In this document: piece by piece, positions 52,085 through 64,000 of the stretch
Layout of the letters: each line of letters opens with the position of its first letter
How positions within the stretch are numbered: the first letter of the stretch is position 1
DNA from: Octopus sinensis
Lineage: Eukaryota
Direction of reading: 5' to 3'
Length of the DNA: 64,000 nucleotides
NCBI RefSeq assembly: GCF_006345805.1
Contig: NC_043007.1
Coordinates: 16,554,001 to 16,618,000 of the forward strand
Notes under the pieces: model-generated
What the model was told of the DNA's origin: nothing
Database searches by the model: none
The model's input: only the letters and a program-made list of their open reading frames with translations
Program-made: the position numbers and the translations under genes

Positions 52085-52830
52085 CCATCATCATCATCGT
52101 CGTTTAACGTCCGCTTTCCATGCTGGCATGGGTTGGATGGTTTGACTGAGGGCTGGCAAGCCAGAAGGCTGCACCAGGCTCCAATCTGGTCTGTTAAAGT
52201 TTCTACAGCAAGATGCCCTTCCTAATGCCAACCATTCCAAGAGTGTAGTGGGTACTTTTTATGTGCCACCAGCACAGGAGCCAGTCAGGTGGCACTGGCA
52301 ACGACCACGCTTGAATGGTGCTTTTTATGTCCCACCAGTACAGGAGACAGTCAGGCAGCACTGGCAACGATCACACTCGAATGGGGCTTTTTATGTACCA
52401 CCGATACGAGACCAGTCAGGCAGTACTGGCATCGACCACACTTAAATGGTGCTTTTTACATCCAACCGGCATGGGTGCCAACAGACAGTACTGTCATCGG
52501 CCACGACAACAACTTCACTTGCCTCAACAGGTCTTCGCAAGTGCAGTTTATTGCCCAATGATTGAAGGGTACTTTTAAATGGGCTGGTTATGCTGCACAG
52601 GCATAGGCCATGGTTACGGTCTCACTTGGCTTGCCAGGTCTTCTCAAGCACAGCATATCTCCTAAGGTCTCAGTCACTTGTCATTGCCTCGGTGAGGCCC
52701 GATGCTCTATAGTCATGCTTCACTGCCTCATCCCAGGTCTTTCTGAGCCTACCTCTTCCACAGGTTCCCTCTACTCCTAGGGTGTAACACTTTTTTACAC
52801 ATCTATATATTACATTCAAGCTTGCCCATT
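52085..52830 (-). mobile_element. RTE 3' portion with an internal ~66-bp VNTR
   Basis: (CAT)n tail, units starting at 52251, 52317, 52383 and 52448, and GRGRLRKTWDEAVKHD coding remnant. Confidence 0.8.
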
Positions 52831-55034
52831 TGCATACAGTATCTGTGTGTGTATGTACACATACATGCACACACACATATCAACATTATTTTAACGTACA
52901 CTTTTCCATGCTTGTATGGGTCATACGGAATTTGTTGAAGCAGATTTTCTACAGCCAGGTTCCCTTCTTGTCACAAACTGTCACTTGTTTGCGATAAGGC
53001 AGTATTTCATCATGACAAATATGCTTTCAGGAAGGATTGGATGTGAAGGACATCACTTACATGACAGTGACACTCATTTACATCTATCACATGAAGTCAA
53101 GTGCGCACACAAAATGGGCTCTTTTTAGTTTCTGTCTACCAAATCATTCTCATGGCTTTGGTCAGCCAGTTGCTATAGTAGAAGATACATGCCCAAGGTT
53201 GCATGCAGTAGGACTGAACCCAAAACTATTTAATTGGGAAGCCAACTTCTTTATTTCATTATATTTGCCATAAAGACAGTACATAGAGTAAAGTAGCTTT
53301 GCGGGCTGAACAAGGACATTAATGAAACAAAGATGATAATGATGGGAGAAGACAAAAGCGCCCGTCGACTTCTGCTTCTCTAAAACATTGTTTTTTAAAA
53401 CCAAACACAAAACGAGGTATTAAATCTCTTACAACTTTTCAATTTTTGGACTTAACAGTCCATTACAAACAACAACATAGTTTAATAATTACATCATCAT
53501 CATCATCGTTTAACGTCCGCTTTCCATGCTAGCATGGGTTGGATGATTTGACTGAGGTCTGGCGAACCAGATGGCTGCACCAGGCTTCAATCTTGATCTG
53601 GCAAAGTTTCTACAGCTGGATGCCCTTCCTAATGCCAACCACTCTGAGAGTGTAGTACCTATAATATATATATAAATACTATGCACAAAGCCCCTCCTCT
53701 CAGACCAGGCTGTATGCTTCCCTTAGGCAATGCTCCAGCTCCAGCTCCCAGAAGGCGTTTCTAAACATGTTCTTTGAGAAGATGTTCATCACATCTGATA
53801 TGACCTTCGTAGTCACCTGCGAAGGCCATTCCTCGTCCTCTGTCCAGGCTCCTCCCTCCAATCATCCAGCACAGCAATACCTGGATGTGTGTGTATGTGT
53901 GCGTGATAATGTGCATGTACACACACACACACACATTTGGTATTTTGATAGAAAGGTTTGGCACAATCATTTTTGATATATTAAAGAAAAACATTTTGAT
54001 TTATAAATTAAATGCATGCCACTTTTGGCACTCAGGTCCACTAATGTGATTTTACAGCTAAATAATAATTCTAAAAATTCATATGCTCTACTTTTCTATA
54101 TTGAGTTCTCTTTCTCTTGTATCACTAAACCTTCATCATCACTATTGTCCTTGTTTTGTCATCTACTTTTCCATGCTTGCATGGGTCAGGTGAAATTTAC
54201 TGAGGCAAATTCTCTGCAGTCATGCTCTTCCTGTTGCCTATCCTCGCCTGTTTCTAAGCAAGATAATATTTGCCCCTAACCCTTCAAACATAAGCAACAC
54301 AATGGCCAGGCATGTTTTTAAGGAAGTTTGCAAATGAAAAGCACCTTGTATGACAGTAACGTTTGTTTACAATTAGCATGTGATGTGAAGGCAAGCAGAT
54401 GTGGTTACACATGGATGCACACAAAAACATGTACATATATAAAAATACAATGAGCTTCATTTCAGTTTCCATCTACCAAATCCATTCAAAAGGCTTTGAT
54501 CAGGGACTATAGTAGATACTTACCCAAAGTGTTGCACAGTGGGAAGGAACATGTAACAAACTTCTTCACCACTTAGCCATCATGTGTGTGCACGCTCGTT
54601 TGTATATGCCTGTTTTGTCGTTCTGTTATAAGTTAGACGGAAACTTATTTCAGACAGTATTTTTTGACCAGATGCCCTTCTTGTTGCCAGCCCATATCTC
54701 TTTTTCAAGTAAGGGATTTTTTTAAAATCCTATTTTATTGGTCTTTGAAAGTATTGAGAAACAGCACATTCTGTCAGCAAGGAATGTAAACATCAAATCA
54801 CCATTTCATTCAGGCCATGACAAGCAAGGTTGTAGAATATCAACATAGACAACAAAGTCACACATGTGCTCAATCGTGTACACATAACAAGCTTCCTTAC
54901 AGTCTCAACTACAAATTCCAATCACATAACATTGGTTGTGCCTAGGCTATTGTAGAAGACACCAGTGAGATAGAGCTTGAAACCAGGTGGTTGTAAAGGG
55001 AACTCTGTCCACACAATGTAATTTCTATGATTAA

Positions 55035-55255
55035 CCCTTTTGTTACCAACCCAGCTGAAACCGGCTCTGGCTCTTTAGTATAAATGTCTTGTTTTCATAA
55101 GTTTTGAATTCAAGTCTCCCACCAAATCTTAGTCACAATGTATGTTCCTAACCCTAGCTTAATGATAACGATGTTATTTTACTAAATTCTTTGTTATATT
55201 TAAAATAATTTGAAGAAACACAGAGCATCTCACAATAAATACAGTAACGAAAAGG
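55035..55255. mobile_element. piggyBac-type MITE (family B)
   Basis: TTAA flanks and family match. Confidence 0.75.
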
Positions 55256-56488
55256 TTAAGTAAATTCTGTGTTTATGTGTTATAAATAGATATTTAAAAT
55301 TAGTTAAGATCCTTTGTGTGACAATAAATATATAAATGCACCATAGTAATTATTGTATTGTCAATAACAAGTGGTATAGTTTTGTTGGCAAAAGTATTGT
55401 TTTCCAGTCTTCTGAAACTCGTTTGTGTATTCACTAACACGTGTGCATGCAAATACACAAGTCGTTATTCCTTACAGGTGAGTTACTCTCTAGTGGTCAC
55501 TGCCGGATATGACAAAGAACAAGGTTTCATAATTAATGCTTTGGAAGCCACACCTCCAACTACTGACTTCCGACTAGGCTACTTACACAGGTGAAAGTAG
55601 TGGTTATTAGTAATCCATGAGTAATGGTGGTTTCTTGTGCTGGCCTCTTAAGATCCTACGAAGGTCATGAGACATTACCTTTTCTTCTTTGACTGAGTCA
55701 TAAAGAAAAGAAAAGAAATTGGTCCAGGTTCAGTCCCACTGCATGGCAACTTGACCAACCATCAGTTTGAGCTAACCCTAACCTTTGTAAGTGAATTTGG
55801 TAGATGGAAACTGTATGGAAGCCCATTTTATATATGTGTCTCACAGTTTGGCAGATGGACTTCATTTTCAATCTTTACTTGGAAATAGGTGGGGGTCAGT
55901 GGCAGGTAGGGCAGCCCATGTAGAAAATGTGCCTCAACAGATTTTGTCTGACCCATGCAACCATAGGAAAATGGATGTTAAAACAATGATGATGATATCT
56001 CCTATTTGTTGTTACTGTTCATTATTCTTGCACTTTGGGTACTTTGGGTGGATGCTTTTCCCATAATTTTTACTTCTTTATTCTTCACACTGTGAGGAAA
56101 ACTGTATACCTGAGTGTCGGAATTGTTGAAGTACTTTTCTTTCAGTGAGAGGGATGCAGTGTATCTACAAAGGTATCCTCCAATAATGTGCTTATTGTGT
56201 TTTTGGAAGCGAAGGGAGATGTTTAGAGAAGCCAATACAGTATTTGTACATTGAATGTGAAGTGGTGTTGTGCTTACTTCAATGTCCCTATGTGTTGTTA
56301 AATATTATCAGTGTTTTAAAGAGTCAGCAAACAGTTGAGCATATAAGCTGCAGGGACTGTAGGGTGAACTGAGCTGAATTGTGTGCTTGCTGTAGCTACA
56401 AACTTTTGTTTTTACATTATATAGAGAATTGACAGTTGTGGCTGTGTGTGTGAGTGAAAGAGAGAGAGAGAGAAGTCTGTTAATTGTG

Positions 56489-57160
56489 GATGATTTAACT
56501 CTTTACCATTTAAACCAGCCAAGTCTGGTCCAAATATTGTTTTATGTTCAGATCAACCAGATCCAGCCTCTCACACCTATCCTACAGTGTCATTTTAAAA
56601 ATAAACAAACACATGATCAAAATCTCAAAGTTAACATGGTAATGCAGGATTAATTCAAAACAATGCGAGTCCATGGCTCGCAGGATGGCCTGCTGTGCTA
56701 ACCTTGGATCGTAGAGTGACCCGCTGTTCTTGAGGAGGCCTATTGAGTCAAGTACGTTAACATCAAAATGAAATAGAAATTGCAGTTAAGATACCTGTGC
56801 CGGTGCCACGTTAAAAGCACCATCCAAATGTGACAGTTGCCAGCGTCACCTAACTGGTGTCCGTGTCGGTGACACGTAAAAGCACCAACCAATTGTGACC
56901 GTTTGCCAGCCTCATCTGGCCCCTGTGCCGGTGGCACGTAAAAAGCACCCACTACACTCACAGAGTGGTTGGCGTTAGGAAGGGCATCGAGCTGTAGAAA
57001 CACTGCCATGTCAGACTGGAGCCTGGTGCAGCCTCCTGGCTTCCCAGACCCCGGTCGAACCGTCCAACCCATGCTAGCATGGAAAACAGACGTTAGGCGA
57101 TGATGATGAATATGAATAAATGAACTTTACATTTGATAGAGTAATCTGAATGCTAAAGGG
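56489..57160. mobile_element. piggyBac-type MITE (family A) interrupted by an RTE 3' copy (about 56672-57108, +)
   Basis: TTAA at 56485-56488 and 57161-57164; right end CTAAAGGG; internal RTE tail ending (GAT)n. Confidence 0.65.
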
Positions 57161-57398
57161 TTAACTACATTGCCCCAGCTCTGTCTCAGATTAAAGTCAA
57201 TATTTTTTATTATTTGATTCTGAATTATAGGGTTTGTGTGATGGTTGGTGTACAACAGTCATTTTAAGTACAGATACTCATCACTCATAGATACATTTGT
57301 GAGCACAAAATGACATCAATGTATTGTATGTAGGTCCTCAAAGAGGATTTTATTTCTATCATCTGATCATGTTAGTATGTATGATATATATGAATAAA

Positions 57399-57628
57399 GG
57401 TGGCGAGCTGGCAGAATCGTTAGGACGCTGGGCAAGATGTTTAGTGCTATTTCGTCTGCTGTTACGTTCTGAGTTCAAATTCCGCCGAGGTCGACTTTGC
57501 CTTTCATCCTTTCGGAGTCGATAAATAAAGTACCAGTTACACACTGGGGTCGATGTAAACGACTTAATCCGTTTGTATCCTTGTTTGTCCTCTCTGTGTT
57601 TAGCCCCCTGTGGGTAGTAAAGAAATAG
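57399..57628 (+). mobile_element. tRNA-SINE (Meta/MESC-like core family)
   Basis: Full-length family match. Confidence 0.8.
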
Positions 57629-58060
57629 ATATATATGAATTTGTCTTCTGCTGTGCTTTATTGTCATTGTTGCTATGTCAAATCAGGCAAGTCAGTTCTG
57701 CTGTGATACACACATAGCTGGCCAAACATCTAGCTGCAATCCTGTAACTCCAGCATTTCAGATAAACCATACTACTGTCTTCTCTGCGTGACCACATTCC
57801 TACACAACAGTAGTATAATGCACGGTTGCATTGTGGTATTCTGGACATGTTTGTCTTCATTATGTAGATGGTTTATGGGTTTTGTCAGTGTGGCTTGGCT
57901 TTGTTTGTTTGTTTTTTGTGCTGTTTTGTATTTGTGATTTGTTGTGGAGAGATTGATGGCAGCCAAGGAAAGTAGGATCCAGATATGACTGACATAATAA
58001 TCCATTATGGAACTGATGTATTGTTTTTACATTGCTATCGATTCTTCGTTTCGAGCAAAT

Positions 58061-58270
58061 CTAAAGCTTATGCTTCTCCATAATTTTGCTTTTGCTAATG
58101 TTTTCTACATGTTCTGTGAATATTTTAGGAATGTTGTTGATATTTCCAATATAATTTTTGTCTTCAGCAGAGGAGCATGATGGTTGGTCAGTTGGTTGGT
58201 TGTATCTGTTAATTTTTAGTGTTACTGGATAAAAAAATGTGGTTTTTCCGTTGTTCTTGTTTAGCTCCAA
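58061..58270 (-). mobile_element. Possible Penelope-like GIY-YIG relic
   Basis: CSSAEDKNYIGNINNIPKIFTEH resembles the C..C...YIGQT....R..EH motif. Confidence 0.4.
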
Positions 58271-59658
58271 GACAACTTTGATTGAGCAGACACATAAACA
58301 AAAGCATTTAAAAACAAAAATGTTTTTCTTTCAAAAGATAAAAGTAAAAACCTAAATAATGACCGTTGTTTACCGCTGGCTAAAGTAGAATATTTGTTTG
58401 GCATTTTATTTACACGATCTTATTTTGCTTCCATAAATATACGATAAAAATTGTTCAAAATATTTGTTAGTGTTGAGATTTTGAGAATTTTAAGTGAATG
58501 TTTATGTTATTGTAAAAGAAAAAATTACATTTAATTTTTCTTTTTCTGTTTCTCTGAGGGTAAAATACTCAATTATTGCTCAATAATTGGTTTGTTTCTG
58601 GAGGTAAAATGCTCAATAAAACATGTTTGTAGTGTTTTATGTTTGTTTCTTTTCTGGTTCATCATGGCTGAGTTTACAGAAATATTTAAAGGCAATATTT
58701 GTTATCAGTGTGTAAATGTATTGTTTGCTTTTGTGGTAGGATATGCTGAAGCTACTATTGCCATCAATCTCTCCACAACAAATCATAAGTTGTCAGAATT
58801 CTTAGAACATTGAACAAAATACTTTGTGGCATTTGCTCCAATTCTTTATGTTCTGAGTTCAACTTTACCTTTCAATCCTTTGGAGTTAGTAAATTAAAAT
58901 ATCAGTTACATACTCTGGCCAATATAATGAACTGCCCTTGAAAATTGTTGACCTTGTGTCTAAGTTAGAACCCATCCTTTCAAAAAAGGCATCGCTTTGC
59001 AATATTTAGTTACATTCTTTTACTTTCCAAGTTAACATTCTGTTGAAATTTGACTTTGCCTTTTATTCCACCAAGGTCAATAAGGTAACAACCAGTGAAC
59101 TATTTGGGTGAAATCAGTTATTTTATTGAAACAATTGGACCAAGTTTAGTGACATGGAGTATTGTCACTGAGTTGGTATTGGGTTCTGTGCAAAATTAGT
59201 ATCATTCTTCTTTTCTTAGTTTGAATTAGGAGTAGGCATGGTCATGTGGTGTAAAAAGCTTGCTTCTCAACCATGAGGTCTTGAATTCAGTAACACTATG
59301 CAGCACCTTGGGCAAGTGTGTGTGTGTGTGTGTGTGCCCTTGTCTTGATATTAGCTGATGGTTGTAAATAAGTATCACTGTCATACAAGTGGTGGTGTGG
59401 TTCATTTGTGAAAATATCTGTCCACGGGGAAATATTACCTTGCTTGGAAACAGGTAAGGATTAATGAGAGCATAAAGGGCATCTGACTGCTTCAACAAAT
59501 TCTTTCTGACCCATGTAAGGATGGGAAAGTGGATATTAAACAATGATTTGAAGGTTACAGTTATAAATCATACAAGAAACATGTATCACGCATCAAGCCA
59601 AAAATACTTGTATTCCAATTAAAATTTAAATTTTGAAACCAATTCTCATTAACAATTA

Positions 59659-60882
59659 TGAAGTGGTATCAAAAGGTTCCCAGACTAGTTATATTTAATT
59701 ACAAAAAAAAAAAAAAAAGCTTAAATTTTAACATCTTTGAAATATTCATCTTATACAGCAATACACTGGTCTCAGTGTTTCTGCCACTTTTGGAATCCGG
59801 CCTGAATGTTGTTTTCTGTAAGTAAGTTGAAGACCTTCTGTGATTTGCTCAGGATCTGGACAACAGTGTTGAAACGGCAACCTATGAGCTGCATTTTCAT
59901 TTTGGGGGAAGAGATGGAAGTCCACAGGTGCTAAATCTGGCGAATAAGGCTGGTGCAGAAGCAATACCATGTTGTTTTTGGCAAGAAACTCACATGTGAG
60001 GAGAGCTTGGTGATGGTGCATTGTCATAATGAAGAATCCGATTCTTCGCACACCACAGATCCAGTCGCTTTTAATGAATTCTTGATGCACAATACCACAA
60101 ATATCAAAAAACAATGAACATGTTCTTGACTGAACTGCGACTCTGTCATGCCTACTTCCAGTCATGGAGATGAAGGCCTCTTTCATCATGACGACTGCTG
60201 CTTGATCTCAAGGTCATACCTGTAGGCCCAACTCTCATCACTGGTGATGATCCTCGATATGAAGGATGGGTCATCAGTGGCAAGCTGACAGAGACCTTGA
60301 CAGACTTTGACTCGATGTTCTTTCTGCTCAGTGGCCAGCAAGTAGGGAACAAACTTGGCAGAGTTGTGCCACATGTTCAATTCAAACATTAGGATTGCCT
60401 GCATGGATATATACAACAGACCAACAACATCAGCAATGTCGTTGATTGTCCCCCAACAATCCTCATGCACAAGCTGATGAATTTTCTTCACATTTCTAAG
60501 GGTGATGCTCATGGCAGGTCTTCCTGGGACATTCTTATGCTTTTGAAGCACCCATGCCACTCAAAACATTGTGCTTGATCCATTGCCTCGTCACCGTAAG
60601 CTTGCTGAAGCATGCTCAATGTCTCTGTAGCAGACTTCCCAAATTTAATGCAAGATTTCACATTGGCCCTCTGTTCCAACTTCCTGTCCATGACAAAATC
60701 ACAGAGTACAGCTTACACATGATCACAAAAGCACAAATTTTTCAACTTGCGAAGCTTACAGAGATGTCACTCAGCACTGCCTCATGGAGGTCACTGCTAA
60801 CTCTCACTGCACACGCAACCATGTACTGCCATCTGTTGGTAGACTACAAGTACTAGTCCAGGAACTTTTTGATACCACCTCA
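59659..60882 (-). mobile_element. Full-length but inactivated mariner element (1224 bp)
   Basis: 31-bp TIRs TGA(A/G)GTGGTATCAAAA(G/A)GTTCC(CA/TG)GACTAGT (3 mismatches) with TA TSDs. Transposase remnants QRANVKSCIKFGKSATETLSML, AKFVPYLL, IITSDESWAYRY and HQPYSPDLAPVDFHLF, with frameshifts. Confidence 0.92.
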
Positions 60883-61651
60883 TATAATATTTAATATTAT
60901 AAATGTATTTAAATACATTTGCTTAATCACCTAATTTGCAGCTCATTAAGTCATTGCCTTAATTTCTCTCAAGGACATTGTATACAAATCTAAATCTAAC
61001 ATATTTCATACTATCACAAATATTGTCATATGTCCATTTAGTACATAAAAACCTTGTTAAATATTGCTTAATATTGGTTTTAGAACCTCCTCTTCCCATT
61101 TTGGGACCTAATTAAACAAACATACTTCATTATATGATTGCAACTTCAACTTAACAATTTAAAAATAAATAGTGAATCACTGTGATTAATTAATTACTCA
61201 GATGCTATCCACATGAAAAATATGTGTTAAACATATTTAGTGTAGCAACTACACACACATATTAATTAATTAATTAGTTAATTAGAAACATTCATATGAT
61301 AAACACAATATTCTGCTCAATGACTAGTATTATTTTAATAATTTCAGAGTGTATGGGAGAAAATTCTTGACATAGTCCTGTCTTATTAGGTTTCTTCAGT
61401 AAAGCATACACTTCATTGTACTTAGTGAAGATAGTGATGAGAGAATCATGAAGTATCTTCTTTTACTTTTTATTGATTTTAGTCATTGGACTTCAGATAT
61501 GCTGCAGTCCAACCTTCAAGTGCTTAGCTTATCATATTAATTGCAGTACTTACAGTCAGGTGCTTAATTTATTAGTTGCTATTTGTTGAACTGCTGTTAC
61601 TGGACACATGACATAACATGAACTGCAGTTTTTACACCAATATAGACTTAA

Positions 61652-61865
61652 CCTTTTCGTTACCAACCTGGCTGAAACCGGCTCTGAGTACGAATGTCTT
61701 GTTTTCATAAGTTTGGAATTAAAATCTTCCACCAAACCTTAGTCACAATTTATGTTCCTAACACTAGCTGAATGATAACTAAGTTATTTTACTAAATTCT
61801 TCATTATATTTAAAGTAATTGAAAGAAACACAGAGCATCTCAAAATAAATACAGTAATGAAAGGG
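61652..61865. mobile_element. piggyBac-type MITE (family B)
   Basis: TTAA at 61648-61651 and 61866-61869. Confidence 0.75.
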
Positions 61866-62692
61866 TTAAACACATTTACGTCACCATTATTTTTCTTTTT
61901 TCTTTTTTTGTTGCTGGCATGGATGAGTCGTCTGTTCCAAGTCAGTTCTTATTCTAAGTTACTGTCCACCTAAATTAAGAGACCGCATCTCTTTCGTGCA
62001 TTTGATTTTTGGCATCGTTTCTATTGCTGGATGTCCTTCCTGTCAGCAACTACTTCACAGTGCACTGGGTGCATTTTGTCATGGGACCAGCACCAAAGAA
62101 ATTGGTATGATTAAAGGGGGTTGGTTTTATCTGTATTGCCTCTAACTTTCCATTCCTTTTTATCTTACTACACTCACGGAGTGGTTGGCGTTAGGAAGGG
62201 CATCCAGCTGTAGAAACACAGCCAGATCAGACTGGAGTCTGGTGCAGCCTCCTGGCTTTCCAGACCCCAGTCAAACCGTCCGACCCGTGCTAGCGCGGAA
62301 AATGGACGTTAAACGATGATGATGATGAACATGGTAGGAAAACAGCCAGAGCAAAAGAGCAACAGAAAAGCACCAGTGTAATAAAAGTGTGAATGTGACT
62401 GTCGACTAGAATGGCTTTTGCTGGTAAGGAGGCTGGATAGGAGCAATATGGCCAAAGGAGTGATAGAAAGGAGCATGATTAAAGAGAAGGAGAGTAAGAG
62501 AATGATAAAAGAGAGAGAGAAAGAAGAGGTCTAGAGTGATGGTTACAAGAAAGCAATTGATGAGACAGAACAGTAGATAGCTACATGGTTGGGGCTGCTA
62601 AGGAGGTTGTATAAGACCAACATGATCTGCATCATTTCACAAAATATCACTATAATCAAGCACTACATTGTAGACCCGTCTCATCATCTAAC

Positions 62693-62724
<32 letters not shown>

Positions 62725-62745
62725 TATATATATACTTACATACAC

Positions 62746-62888
62746 GAACTTTAGGTTAGTTAAAATATGTTTGTGACATATTTCGACTTCTAAAGGCAAA
62801 TTACCATGGAGTCTCCATGGTAACTGCAGTGAATTTGCCTTTAGAAGTTGAAATATGTCACAAACATATTTTAACTAACCTAAAGTTC
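62746..62888. repeat. Fold-back: 57-bp arms with 1 mismatch, 29-nt spacer containing a second palindrome
   Basis: Arms 62746-62802 and 62832-62888; inner TTACCATGGAG-T-CTCCATGGTAA at 62801-62823. Confidence 0.92.
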
Positions 62889-62964
62889 ACTTGTGCTTAA
62901 ATACTGTTTGGCGCTGATACTGCTGTAGTAAATACATGCACATGCACACATATTCTTTTCTATT

Positions 62965-63345
62965 TTATTTGTTTGTCATTTGACTGTGGCCATGCTGGAG
63001 CACCACGTTTAGTCGAACAAACCGACCCCACGACTTATTCTTTGTAAGCCTAGTACTTATTCTATCGGCCTCTTTTGCTGAACTGCTAAGTTAAGGGTAT
63101 GTAAGCATACCAACATTGATTGTCAAGTGATTGTGGTGTGGGGACAAACACACACACACACGCATATAAATATATATATACGACGGGCTTCTTTCAGTTT
63201 CCGCCTATCAAATCCCCTCACAAGGTTTTGGTCGGCCAGAGGCTATAGTAGAAGACACTTGCTTAAGGTGCCATGCAGTGGGAATGAACCTGGAACCATG
63301 TGATTGGTAAGCAAGCTACTCACCACACAGCCACTCCTGCACCTA
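62965..63345 (-). mobile_element. CORE-type SINE composite copy
   Basis: Reverse complement of the 47823-48240 family. Confidence 0.75.
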
Positions 63346-63471
63346 TATGTGTATAGGTATATATAAAATCTTTTGGAACTTGCTGGTGGGAAAATGTTTG
63401 CTTAATATTTTCTTAGCAACCACAAGTTTCATGAGATTTTTAATAAATTCAATCTAAAATTTAGTTACAAC

Positions 63472-63699
63472 CAGTGGCAGACTGGCCAGGTTGCCAGCTT
63501 GCCCGATGACAAGTGGACCTTTGCACCATTAGAATCCATATATGGGGGCCCATCCCCTGAAGTTTGAGAATTTTTTATTCACTCCTGGAAGAATGCATTA
63601 ATTATTTCAGCCTGGCTGTGTTAAATGATAGCATTGTAGTTGTGGGTGGGCCCCCTTAGTCTCTTGGCAACCAATATTTTTAGATCCAGTCTGCCACTG
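63472..63699. mobile_element. hAT-like MITE
   Basis: TIR CAGTGGCAGACTGG / CCAGTCTGCCACTG; the 8-bp flanks GTTACAAC and GTTATAGA match at 5 of 8 positions. Confidence 0.6.
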
Positions 63700-63859
63700 G
63701 TTATAGATAGATGTGTGTGTGTGTGTATATATGTGTTAATGTGTGTGTGTGTGTGTATATATATATATTAGCAGGCTTTTGACTACTCAACTCCAATGTG
63801 TTTTTATCTCTCCCCATCTATCCTTTCTGTAGAAGAATGCAGTCTCAAAACATTGATGA

Positions 63860-64000
63860 CTTCTTAGCACGCCGGGCGAAAGGCGTAGCCGTATTTCGTT
63901 TGCCGTTATGTTCTGGGTTCAAATTCTGCCGAAGTCGACTTTGCCCTTCATCCTTTCGGGGTCGATAAATTAAGTACCAGTTATGCCCTGGGGTCTATGT
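63860..64000 (+). mobile_element. Meta/MESC-like SINE running off the window end
   Basis: TTAGCACGCCGGGCGAAA...GTCGACTTTGCCCTTCATCCTTTCGGGGTCGATAAA. Confidence 0.75.

Noticed and set aside
58120-58180. Minus-strand CUGAAGA-caa...uug-GAAA motif
   Set aside because: No stem III or stem I can be formed, and it overlaps a GIY-YIG-like coding relic; probably chance.
37113-64000. Search for CLASRP next exons (DPAQFLQVHG, MPWQGD)
   Set aside because: No match. LLHGQTC at about 42755 lies in repeat-like sequence and lacks the flanking residues.

Overview
AT-rich, repeat-dense eukaryotic DNA. The SINE, RTE and microsatellite content points to an octopus (cephalopod) genome; this is an inference, not a database result. 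Two genes lie head-to-head across about 2.7 kb. On the minus strand, CoREST/RCOR has coding exon 1 at 28308-28194 and exon 2 at 28049-27990 (start of the ELM2 domain, GMRVGEEYQARIP). On the plus strand, CLASRP has a probable non-coding first exon near 31.0-31.2 kb and its first coding exon at 37011-37112 (MMWHEARKQERKIRGLMVDYKKRAERRREYYEKI). I found no further exon of either gene, so most of the window appears to be long introns filled with tRNA-SINEs, 5'-truncated RTE LINEs, mariner, hAT and Penelope-like relics, and MITEs. The most striking item is a 585-bp non-coding element (20232-20816) with 89-bp terminal direct repeats (496-bp period) inserted in a (TA)n tract. It carries a near-intact type I hammerhead ribozyme (20534-20471, minus strand, sense to the RCOR pre-mRNA), which makes it a retrozyme or Penelope-LTR-like element. 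Other notable items are head-to-tail SINE multimers with a recurring junction, several long fold-back hairpins (candidate ADAR substrates), a Merlin-like MITE with a perfect 8-bp TSD, and a candidate recursive-splice or poison-exon cluster in the CLASRP intron.
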